Origin: Bacteroidales bacterium UBA6680
Lineage (GTDB): Bacteria > Bacteroidota > Bacteroidia > Bacteroidales > UBA6680
DNA: 64,000 bases
NCBI GenBank assembly: GCA_002454955.1
Contig: DKJY01000045.1
Coordinates: 42,282 to 106,281, forward strand
Direction of reading: 5' to 3'
Part shown: positions 55,927 to 64,000 of the stretch, piece after piece
How positions within the stretch are numbered: position 1 is the first letter of the stretch
Layout of the letters: every line of letters starts with the position of its first letter
Notes under the pieces: generated by a model
The model's database searches: none
What the model saw: only the letters and a program-made list of their open reading frames with translations
Told to the model about the DNA's origin: nothing
Translations under genes and position numbers: made by a program

Positions 55927-58900
55927 TTACTTTGCTACAACCTCATATGATGGTCCACTAAGTTCACTTGAATATCTACCGTCCGAATATGGAGACATCT
56001 CTACAAAGTAGTAATAACTCTTACCACTAACTACATTTGTATCAAACACAGATCCATTATCGCCATAAGTATCGCCATACTTCTTTTCTCCCCTTATCCA
56101 ATCTGTAACAATTCTGGCAGTTGCATCATTGGGGTCATTTGTCTCGCTACGCCACACTCTGAAATATGGATAATATGTTGCATCTGCTTTATACCAATAC
56201 CCTTGATACTTAAGCTGCACTTTTCCTGTTAAAGCCTCACAGTAACCTATATCAGGTTTCTTAACATAGTATACTGTTCTATGATAGCTCTCCTGTGAAC
56301 TACAACCCTGATAATTACACGATGAGGTTATATAGATCTCATTTGCTCCTCCTGATAACTCTGCAAGTACACTCCAACTACCACTATTAGGATCTGAAAC
56401 AGACTTTTTACTTCCATTGATATGTAGTTTAATCCAACTTACTTTACCTGTCTCAGACCAACCATCTACCAAATATTTATCATCCTCGTTAATATAACCT
56501 GAGTGATACTTTCTTGATAGTACTAATCCATCATCGGGGTTTGTTATACCAGCCCATGGTATTCCCGAATTCTGATTTGCAGAACTTCCTCCAACTCTAA
56601 AGCTCCAGATATCACTCTCAGATGTATTTCCTTCTGCATCTGTTGCAACAACCTTCCAGTAATACTCCTCACCAGCAATCATTGATGTAGTAGAAACACT
56701 AGTTGATGATATTCCTGTATGAATAGGGTTTCCGAAATTTGAAATCTCCTTTGTAAGATATACATCATATGTCACTTTATCATTATCGGCATCGTAACAA
56801 GGATTCCATACCAGTGTAGTTACTGTACTGAGGTTAGCTTCACCATTTAAAGGTTTCTTTAAAACAGGTCTTACAGGTGGTGTATTCTCTTTAATAAAAG
56901 TAATATTAAATGTTTTAGGGTTAGCACCATCTTTAGACTGTACTCTTAAATGTTTCAAACCAGGAGTTCCTGAAGGTACTCCTTTATACTTAATTGTGGT
57001 TTTATCTGTCGATAAGCTTACAAAACTTGTATTCGACAAACCAATCATATTAAATACTATGTCGTTTCTCAAATTCTTACCTGTTACTGTAAAGGTAGCC
57101 TCTTCTCCTATTTTTACAGATTTAGGTGTTACATTGTAGAACTCAGGATCTGGTATAACCTGTTCAAACAACACCCCAAATGTATGGAGCACCTCTTTAT
57201 CGGCTGTTTTAATCACTCCATTCTTAGGCCCTGCAGTATAGCTAGGCATCCCTTTAAACTTAAACTCTGTTTTATCAGCATTTACACCCAGGCCTACAGG
57301 ATCAACCAAGTCTTCTAAATGAAACAGAAGATCATCTGTAAGGTTTGTACCTGTTACAGTAAATGTTGTCTCCTCTCCAAGGTTAGCCTTATCTGGTGAT
57401 ACAGAACTAACAACTGGTTTTGCTATGGCTGTTTTAGTAACAAAACTCTTTTCTGTACCATATGATGTACCTTTACTGTTTGTTGCATATGCACGTATAT
57501 AATATTTAGTATTCCCATTTAATCCGGAAACAACACTTGAAAAAGCTCCATTACCTGTTCCGTTTAACGTTTTATTATCTGCTATTGTAGGTGCCTGGTT
57601 TTTACTCCAACAAACTCCTCGCGCAGTTACATCTGCTCCACCATTGTTAGTAATATTTCCACCACATTTTGCTGCTGTTTCTGTAATATTTGATATTGCA
57701 GATGTAGATACAACAGGTAGGTTTATTGTTGTTTCAGACTTTGTGGTAAAGCTCCATTTATCACCCTCTGTTACTCCTCCTTTATTGTCTTTTGCTACAA
57801 TCTTCCAATAATAAGTGGTATTTGGTTGTAAATCTGTAAACTGAGAATATGTTACAACATTATCATTAGAGAACACTGATGTAAACTCACCACTGGTATC
57901 AAAGTATAAGTCATACAGAACCTGATCACCATCAAGATCAGAACAGGCATTCCACTTTAAATTAACATCTGTTTCTACATTAGTGGCATTATCTGCCGGA
58001 GTAATAAGAACAGGTTTGGTTGGTGGTGTGTTTTGAGCGTTTATAGTATTAAATCTCCATGTTTCACTCTCTGTTTGATTTCCCAAATTATCTTTCGCAA
58101 CTACTTTCCAATAATAAATACTATTTGGCTGCAAATCAGATACGTTAAATTGTGTCTCAATTATATCACTATTAATAATATCAAATTCGTCTAAATCACT
58201 ATGGGTTGATAAATAAACAGAATATCTCACAATATCATCAACTTCACAGGATGTCCATCTGAGTACCTGGTCGCTCCCTATATTACTACTATTATTTAGC
58301 GGTATTAAAAGCTTAGGTTTTAATAGTGATAGTTTCATTGTTTCAAAACTCCATGGTTTATCCTTAGAAATTCCATTAAAAGATAAATAATCATATTTAC
58401 CTTTCAGAAACTTATCATTTATCAAGATATTATACTTTGTTTTATAGTTTAATTTATTTAAGGTAAAAGTCAACTTAGTATCACTTTCCCATTTATAATC
58501 ATCAGATATTTCAGATAATAAATTAAAATTCTCATCATATACAGTAATAGTTTTATTGCCAGTATAGAACTCATTTTCCTCCATTGCCGAAAAAAATTCA
58601 ATAGCAAAAACAGAATCCACAGGTACGTCAACTCTATTTATTCTAGGATAAAGATTCCTTATTTTAGGTTTCTGAATATATAAATATGATGATCTCTTTT
58701 TTGTAATATGACTAAACATCATAAAGAAATCTGAACCTTTTTTAGTAATATCTATTGCGAATTTAAACTGAGGTACTACAGTCTTTAAAATATGATCTAC
58801 AGGTTTAGATATATTATCCTTAATCTCAAATAACTCTTCTAATACAGGTATATTATTCTCTAATTCTCCACCAACCCTATCAATAATACAAACAGACAAA

Positions 58901-60204
58901 CTCTTAAATGAATCATAGCTAAGTGATGTAATAAATACACCAAATTTAGTTGCTATATCCTGATCTGTTAATAGCTTTTTTAGGATCTTATCTCGTAATT
59001 TTTTCTTTACTTTCTTCGCTTTATCAGTTTTCTGATCCTTATTAAACAACAAATCAGCAAAAGATGCCACCTGTGCAATAACGTTAATAATTAACACTTT
59101 TTTACTACTATTTGGAGCTAAGAGTACAACGCTATTATGTTTTCTAGAAAAGTTCAACTCTATATCCTTTGTTTTCTTCATAGAATGAGAAGGATTCTCA
59201 ACATATGACCAATTATTAGCGAGAAACCTCTGGCGTATCATTTCATTATAAAAACTTTTAACTCCAGAAATTGTTGTAAATGATTTATAAAATGACGATG
59301 TATTATAAGGTTCAATTATATTCTCCATATCGTCATAATCGGCGTCTATTATCAATTCACCTTTATCATTCTTAATAACATTAGCCTCTGTAACAGCTAA
59401 GTACAATGGTAAAGAATTATAAAAAGTACAATTAACATCCCAACTCTTTGTTGATTCATTATATTCTCCTTCAGTAGACTTTGCCTGTGAAAATTGATTT
59501 GCTGTTGCAAAATCCGGAAAAAGCATTCCTTCAATTAAAAGATCTTCATCCAAAGATTCAGGCTCTTCATATTTTTTCAAAAAGTCATAATAGTCTTTCA
59601 CAAAAAAGTTTGAGATTGACTCTGCCATTCTTTGCTTATACTCATCTACAGTTAATTTTTGAGAAGCTTTTATATCATCGGCTATTAACTGAGATAACTC
59701 TAATAATTTATCTGGAGCAGCTGTTTTAATAGTGTTTTTCAATTCTCTAATTTCTTGTTTTGAGAATTCAGAATTAAACGGCATATTCTTAATAATTAGA
59801 GAAAGAGCTGTTTCCTCAGATCCAAGATTACAAATAGCTACATCATTATTATTCTCACGTTTTGATGAAGATTTTGAATTAGCTGAAAGAATATAATACA
59901 ATAGTTCACCTGTACTCTTATGAGTAACAAGAATTGGTTGACCAGAAAATACAGACGACTCATTAGCTAAATAGTAATTTCCTTCTGTATCAATTCTGGC
60001 ACTCTCTCCTCCAGAATTAACCTCAACCATATCAGGTGTTAGTCCAACATTATCTAATTCTATCTTACCCTTTATTTTAGCATAATCAAACGCTATTATT
60101 GAACCATTTACATCATATATCTCTTTATCCTTCTCTACTTCTTTTTTACATGACAACAAAAACACGAATAGTGTACTTATTAATATAGTTAAATATCTTT
60201 TCAT
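55927..60204 (-). CDS. giant surface lipoprotein (~600-aa N-terminal region of unknown fold, 4 Fn3-like domains, GVCW-type Ig-like domain, 2 IPT/TIG-like domains)
   Basis: 1425 aa with lipoprotein signal (LLSCKKE). Fn3-like modules carry the recurrent pattern W..C.D.DGD...Y.VY......Y.W.V.A.D..GN. IPT-like modules read PVVSSVSPDKANLGEETTFTVTGTNL and YNVTPKSVKIGEEATFTVTGKNL. Confidence 0.75.
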   Translation of the reverse strand: MKRYLTILISTLFVFLLSCKKEVEKDKEIYDVNGSIIAFDYAKIKGKIELDNVGLTPDMVEVNSGGESARIDTEGNYYLANESSVFSGQPILVTHKSTGELLYYILSANSKSSSKRENNNDVAICNLGSEETALSLIIKNMPFNSEFSKQEIRELKNTIKTAAPDKLLELSQLIADDIKASQKLTVDEYKQRMAESISNFFVKDYYDFLKKYEEPESLDEDLLIEGMLFPDFATANQFSQAKSTEGEYNESTKSWDVNCTFYNSLPLYLAVTEANVIKNDKGELIIDADYDDMENIIEPYNTSSFYKSFTTISGVKSFYNEMIRQRFLANNWSYVENPSHSMKKTKDIELNFSRKHNSVVLLAPNSSKKVLIINVIAQVASFADLLFNKDQKTDKAKKVKKKLRDKILKKLLTDQDIATKFGVFITSLSYDSFKSLSVCIIDRVGGELENNIPVLEELFEIKDNISKPVDHILKTVVPQFKFAIDITKKGSDFFMMFSHITKKRSSYLYIQKPKIRNLYPRINRVDVPVDSVFAIEFFSAMEENEFYTGNKTITVYDENFNLLSEISDDYKWESDTKLTFTLNKLNYKTKYNILINDKFLKGKYDYLSFNGISKDKPWSFETMKLSLLKPKLLIPLNNSSNIGSDQVLRWTSCEVDDIVRYSVYLSTHSDLDEFDIINSDIIETQFNVSDLQPNSIYYWKVVAKDNLGNQTESETWRFNTINAQNTPPTKPVLITPADNATNVETDVNLKWNACSDLDGDQVLYDLYFDTSGEFTSVFSNDNVVTYSQFTDLQPNTTYYWKIVAKDNKGGVTEGDKWSFTTKSETTINLPVVSTSAISNITETAAKCGGNITNNGGADVTARGVCWSKNQAPTIADNKTLNGTGNGAFSSVVSGLNGNTKYYIRAYATNSKGTSYGTEKSFVTKTAIAKPVVSSVSPDKANLGEETTFTVTGTNLTDDLLFHLEDLVDPVGLGVNADKTEFKFKGMPSYTAGPKNGVIKTADKEVLHTFGVLFEQVIPDPEFYNVTPKSVKIGEEATFTVTGKNLRNDIVFNMIGLSNTSFVSLSTDKTTIKYKGVPSGTPGLKHLRVQSKDGANPKTFNITFIKENTPPVRPVLKKPLNGEANLSTVTTLVWNPCYDADNDKVTYDVYLTKEISNFGNPIHTGISSTSVSTTSMIAGEEYYWKVVATDAEGNTSESDIWSFRVGGSSANQNSGIPWAGITNPDDGLVLSRKYHSGYINEDDKYLVDGWSETGKVSWIKLHINGSKKSVSDPNSGSWSVLAELSGGANEIYITSSCNYQGCSSQESYHRTVYYVKKPDIGYCEALTGKVQLKYQGYWYKADATYYPYFRVWRSETNDPNDATARIVTDWIRGEKKYGDTYGDNGSVFDTNVVSGKSYYYFVEMSPYSDGRYSSELSGPSYEVVAK

Positions 60205-60211
60205 TAGGGTT

Positions 60212-60580
60212 CTATTTAAGTATTACTGTTACTTTAGTTTTAATATTCTTTGACAATGCATATTCAATATGCGTCTCTGTTTGTAAATTGTCTTTATCTT
60301 GTTTCTTTACTCTTATGTAGTATATCACTTCAGTTAAAAGCTCTTGAAATAAAGCAGTTCCATTTTCTGTTGATATAATCTCACGCACTAAATTATCCTC
60401 GGTTTTAAAGTCATTTAAACTTTCGTATAAACAGATTCTTGCTCCTACAACAGAGTTACCATCACTATCAATCACCACAACCTCTAATTGAGGTGGCACA
60501 TCAACTTCAACAACTTTCTCACATGATAGTGTCAGTATCATTGCAATAAAGAGTTGTGAAATCATAAATAATTTTTTCAT
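60212..60580 (-). CDS. small lipoprotein, carboxypeptidase-regulatory-like beta-sandwich
   Basis: 122 aa with lipobox LTLSC. VVIDSDGNSVVGARICLYES is typical of CarboxypepD_reg-like domains. It has an 8-bp gap to the giant lipoprotein gene. Confidence 0.6.
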   Translation of the reverse strand: MKKLFMISQLFIAMILTLSCEKVVEVDVPPQLEVVVIDSDGNSVVGARICLYESLNDFKTEDNLVREIISTENGTALFQELLTEVIYYIRVKKQDKDNLQTETHIEYALSKNIKTKVTVILK

Positions 60581-60631
60581 TGTGTTTTTTGTTTAAATCA
60601 ATTTTACAACCATATTTTATTAAATGAGCGG

Positions 60632-60639
60632 CAAAAATA
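60632..60639 (-). promoter_or_regulatory. Bacteroidota -7 box (TAnnTTTG) for the minus-strand lipoprotein operon
   Basis: Plus-strand caaaaata reads TATTTTTG on the minus strand, 52 bp upstream of the start at 60580. Confidence 0.4.
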
Positions 60640-60770
60640 TATTCCAATTCAAGGCTACAATTATAAGTTATAGCAAAACAAACAGACTGTTTACCTAAAT
60701 TCTAATCTCTGCTAATGCTCTTATGTTAATAATAATAGGTTCAAATATAGCCTCGGAAAAAACTCTATAC

Positions 60771-60788
60771 GTCACCCTTTTAGGTGAC
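60771..60788. promoter_or_regulatory. inverted repeat GTCACC-N6-GGTGAC, candidate operator in the divergent promoter region
   Basis: Perfect 6-bp arms. It lies 16 bp upstream of the -7 box of the LuxR-type regulator gene. Confidence 0.35.
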
Positions 60789-60803
60789 CCAACCAAAAAA
60801 AGT

Positions 60804-60811
60804 TATATTTG
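60804..60811 (+). promoter_or_regulatory. Bacteroidota -7 box (TAnnTTTG) for the response regulator gene
   Basis: TATATTTG lies 25 bp upstream of the ATG at 60836. The TTG used as the ORF-track start (60809) is inside this box. Confidence 0.45.
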
Positions 60812-60835
60812 CAACTGATACATTTATATACTAAT

Positions 60836-61450
60836 ATGTTAAACACTATAATCATTGACGATCATCCTCCTATTGTTGAGGTAATAAAACATATAACAGA
60901 TAGTTTTAACGACATTAATGTTATTGGATGTGCATCAACCAAATATGAAATTAAAAATCTCATCCAAAACAGTATAGACTTTGTTATATTAGACCTAAAG
61001 ATACCTGAAATAGAGTGGGAAGATCTTATTGATGAAATAATTAACAGTAACCCTTCTGCAAGAATAATGGTATTCTCAATGCTGACTAATGATTGGATTC
61101 TTCAGAAGTTATATAACAAGGGAGTAAGGCATTTTGTATCTAAATCTGTATCAATAATTGAGATTAAAAAAAGCATTACTGCTGCTATAAATAATGAATC
61201 TTATTTTAGTTCAGATATTAACACCAGAAGGATTGGCAGCAAACAGAATAACTCTTATAACTTTACTCCTACTGAGAAAAAAATTCTAAAACTCATATAC
61301 AATGAAAAAAGCTCTACTCAAATTGCAGCTATTCTTAAAATAAGCATTAACACTGTTAAGACACATAGAAAAAGAGTATACGATAAACTTTCTATCAACA
61401 AGGTATCGGAATTGATTAAGATTGTAGACAGACAAAATCTTCTTGATTAA
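60836..61450 (+). CDS. LuxR/NarL-family response regulator
   Basis: 204 aa from MLNTIIIDDHPPIVE. The receiver domain has FVILDLKIPE (phospho-acceptor Asp). The C-terminal HTH_LuxR region reads TPTEKKILKLIYNEKSSTQIAAILKISINTVKTHRKRVYDKL. Confidence 0.85.
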   Translation: MLNTIIIDDHPPIVEVIKHITDSFNDINVIGCASTKYEIKNLIQNSIDFVILDLKIPEIEWEDLIDEIINSNPSARIMVFSMLTNDWILQKLYNKGVRHFVSKSVSIIEIKKSITAAINNESYFSSDINTRRIGSKQNNSYNFTPTEKKILKLIYNEKSSTQIAAILKISINTVKTHRKRVYDKLSINKVSELIKIVDRQNLLD

Positions 61451-61599
61451 TAGCAAAAACAAGTTGATAATATTATAGTATTCATTAAATATTTCAGAAG
61501 TAAAAAACTGATTATCTGACTCTACAAAAAACACCTAAAAATAGTTTGTTATTTTGTTTGGATATTAGAATAAGAACCTACATATTTGCACACGCAATT

Positions 61600-61681
61600 G
61601 CGGATGTGGCGTAATTGGTAGCCGCGCTAGACTTAGGATCTAGTGCCGTGAGGCGTGGGGGTTCGAGTCCCTTCATCCGCA
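61600..61681 (+). tRNA. tRNA-Leu (anticodon UAG), copy 2
   Basis: 82 nt, identical by eye to copy 1. Confidence 0.93.
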
Positions 61682-61684
61682 CAA

Positions 61685-61718
61685 AAGAGCTGTTCAGATT
61701 TACTGAGCAGCTTTTTTT
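61685..61718 (+). terminator. terminator after tRNA-Leu copy 2
   Basis: agctgttcag-attta-ctgagcagct followed by ttttttt. Confidence 0.7.
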
Positions 61719-61954
61719 GTTTTATCAACTTAACTCTCTCTATCCATTAAAATATCCTGAAAAAATACAAGTACCACTCTATTATCAATCACATACAATA
61801 AACATTATACTAATTACAAATACCATTAATTACAAACATACTGTAACAGAACAACATCAGTAAACACGGGACATACAGCACTTTTTTTATTCAAAATAAA
61901 TCACAAAATTGTTTGGTAAATCAAATCATAAGCTACATATTTGCACACGCAATT

Positions 61955-62036
61955 GCGGATGTGGCGTAATTGGTAGCCGCGCTAGACTTAGGATCTAGTG
62001 CCGTGAGGCGTGGGGGTTCGAGTCCCTTCATCCGCA
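61955..62036 (+). tRNA. tRNA-Leu (anticodon UAG), copy 3
   Basis: 82 nt, identical by eye to copies 1 and 2. Confidence 0.93.
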
Positions 62037-62038
62037 CA

Positions 62039-62072
62039 AAGAGCTGTTCAGATTTACTGAACAGCTTTTTTT
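62039..62072 (+). terminator. terminator after tRNA-Leu copy 3
   Basis: agctgttcag-attta-ctgaacagct is a perfect 10-bp stem followed by ttttttt. Confidence 0.72.
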
Positions 62073-62337
62073 GTTTTTATCCTATTTTTGAAACAAAATT
62101 AAAACATGCCTACATTTTTAACATTTCATAACTACTCTTTGATATTTTGATACGCATCAAAATATATTCCTATGCGCGTGAAAAACATTTTTTATGCGCA
62201 TCATAATTTATCTTCACGGGCATCAAGCAATATATTTATAACTACAAAAAGAAAATCTACTAAGGTATAAATATTATTATTTGCCTTTTACCACAATATA
62301 AAATCAGATAATAACAGAACAATATTTTGATTATACA

Positions 62338-62370
62338 CAAAAAAAGAGCTCCGCAAAACGAAGCTCTTTG
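62338..62370 (-). terminator. rho-independent terminator of hutU
   Basis: aaagagct-(11 nt)-agctcttt is a perfect 8-bp stem. On the minus strand it is followed by a 7-nt T-run. Confidence 0.65.
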
Positions 62371-62394
62371 ATATATAATTTTTCAAATTCTCTC

Positions 62395-64000
62395 TTAGAA
62401 TAAAGAATCTATAAGATTGTCGTCTGCAAAATTCGGAAGAGTAACCTTTAGGTTTGGTTCCTTTTCCATTGCACGTTTTATAGCAAAAACAGCCTCATCA
62501 TTACGAGCCCAGCTACGACGTGAGATTCCATTATTTACATCCCAGAAAAGCATAGATTTCAATCTTCTGTCAGCATCGTCAGATCCGTCAAGAAGCATAC
62601 CGAAACCACCGTTTATTACTTCTCCCCAGCCTACACCACCACCATTGTGGATAGATACCCAGGTAGCACCGCGAAACGAATCACCAATAACATTATGGAT
62701 AGCCATATCTGAAGTGAATTTTGAACCATCATATATATTTGATGTCTCACGATATGGTGAGTCAGTTCCGGATACATCGTGGTGGTCACGACCAAGAACA
62801 ACCGGTCCTATCTTACCCTCTGCTATTGCCTTATTAAATGCCTCTGCAATTCTTATACGTCCTTCAGCATCAGCATAAAGAATACGTGCCTGAGAACCAA
62901 CAACAAGTTTATTCTCCTGTGCACCCTTAATCCACTGAATATTATCGTTCATCTGTTGCTGTATTTCAGCTGGCGACTCTTTAATAAGGTTCTCAAGAAC
63001 CTCACAAGCTATTCTGTCTGTAGCTTCAAGATCTTCTGGTTTGCCCGATGTACAAACCCAACGGAATGGCCCGAATCCGTAATCGAAACACATTGGCCCC
63101 ATAATATCCTGTACATATGATGGATATCTGAAGTTAATTCCATCCTCAGCCATTACATCAGCACCTGCTCTTGAAGCCTCTAGAAGGAAAGCATTACCGT
63201 AATCAAAGAAGTAAGTACCATTTGCAGTATTCTTATTAACTGCAGCAGCATGACGACGTAACGACTCCTGAACATGCTCCTTGAACTTCTCAGGATCTTC
63301 AGCCATCATTTTGTTACTCTCTTCAAATGTAAGTCCAACAGGATAGTATCCTCCTGCCCATGGATTATGAAGTGATGTCTGGTCTGAACCAAGATCAATA
63401 TAGATACCGCGATCAGTAAATTGCTCCCATACATCAACAACGTTACCCTGATATGCTATAGAAACAACCTCTTTATTCTCTTTAGCCTTAGCAACGCGCG
63501 CACAAAGCTCATCCATATCTTCATAAACCTCGTCTACCCATCCTTGCGAATGACGTGTATGTGTAGCTTTTGGATTAACCTCTGCTGTTACAGATACACA
63601 ACCAGCAATATTACCTGCTTTTGGCTGAGCACCACTCATACCACCAAGACCTGCTGTAACAAATAGTTTACCAGCAATTCCGTCTTTAGATATCTTACGT
63701 CCTGCATTCAGAACAGTAATAGTTGTACCGTGTACAATACCCTGTGGGCCAATGTACATATACGATCCTGCTGTCATCTGTCCGTACTGTGTAACACCCA
63801 TTGCGTTAAAACGCTCCCAGTCATCAGGCTTTGAGTAATTAGGTATCATCATTCCGTTTGTAACAACCACACGCGGAGCATCTTTATGCGAAGGGTAAAG
63901 TCCCATTGGATGACCAGAGTACATAACAAGTGTCTGCTCATCTGTCATCTCTGCAAGATATTTCATTGCCAAACGATACTGTGCCCAGTTAGAGAAAACT
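62395..64000 (-). CDS. hutU: urocanate hydratase, C-terminal ~535 codons (gene continues past the right edge)
   Basis: The frame is open to 64000 (...NWAQYRLAMKYLAEMTDEQTLVMYSGHPMGL...). The start in the ORF track is an internal TTG. Motifs GLGGMSGAQ, GRDHHDVSGTDSPYRETS and NGGGVGWGE are present. Confidence 0.92.
   Translation of the reverse strand, partial: VFSNWAQYRLAMKYLAEMTDEQTLVMYSGHPMGLYPSHKDAPRVVVTNGMMIPNYSKPDDWERFNAMGVTQYGQMTAGSYMYIGPQGIVHGTTITVLNAGRKISKDGIAGKLFVTAGLGGMSGAQPKAGNIAGCVSVTAEVNPKATHTRHSQGWVDEVYEDMDELCARVAKAKENKEVVSIAYQGNVVDVWEQFTDRGIYIDLGSDQTSLHNPWAGGYYPVGLTFEESNKMMAEDPEKFKEHVQESLRRHAAAVNKNTANGTYFFDYGNAFLLEASRAGADVMAEDGINFRYPSYVQDIMGPMCFDYGFGPFRWVCTSGKPEDLEATDRIACEVLENLIKESPAEIQQQMNDNIQWIKGAQENKLVVGSQARILYADAEGRIRIAEAFNKAIAEGKIGPVVLGRDHHDVSGTDSPYRETSNIYDGSKFTSDMAIHNVIGDSFRGATWVSIHNGGGVGWGEVINGGFGMLLDGSDDADRRLKSMLFWDVNNGISRRSWARNDEAVFAIKRAMEKEPNLKVTLPNFADDNLIDSLF

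Noticed and set aside
51404-61718. Classical tRNA-integrated genomic island or ICE
   Set aside because: There is no integrase, excisionase, transfer or phage gene. The direct repeats are whole tRNA transcription units rather than a 3'-tRNA att fragment. I kept it only as a recombination-prone bracketed block (see findings).

Overview
AT-rich (about one-third G+C by eye, not computed) Bacteroidota-type chromosomal window. The phylum call rests on a Por/T9SS C-terminal sorting domain, FISUMP domains, TPR-HisKA_3 kinases and TAnnTTTG -7 promoter boxes. It holds about 40 protein genes and 3 tRNAs at high coding density. Housekeeping and accessory content, left to right: modABC (modC partial); two tandem tail-fibre-like FISUMP surface proteins; a DHOD-like protein; transglutaminase-like, HD and HEAT-like proteins; a DPP-IV family peptidase; guaB; a 1739-aa Calx-beta/cadherin-like/HYR adhesin; a 1069-aa T9SS cargo protein; GrpB; pheT; an AlkD-like protein; a nitroreductase and MarR; sbcCD; a cation/proton antiporter; an SDR; an RND efflux operon (adaptor, pump, OMF) followed by a LytS/LytTR two-component system; a PatB/MalY-type lyase; and hutU (partial, right edge). 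I found no CRISPR array, cas genes, transposase, integrase, rRNA or recognisable riboswitch. Four things deserve attention. (1) A strictly phased 41-bp x 18 tandem array with nested 164-bp and about 492-bp periodicity lies in a 1.26-kb ORF-free divergent intergenic region (40641-41378). (2) A roughly 10-kb block of exported/surface proteins of unknown function, with a TPR sensor kinase and a divergent LuxR-type regulator, is bracketed by identical, fully equipped tRNA-Leu(UAG) genes (three copies in total). (3) A conserved element of about 90 nt sits immediately 5' of both the marR-like gene and the tolC-like gene, 12.6 kb apart. (4) The tail-fibre-like FISUMP paralog pair. All protein family calls come from motif recognition by eye. 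No database search, alignment program or statistic was run.
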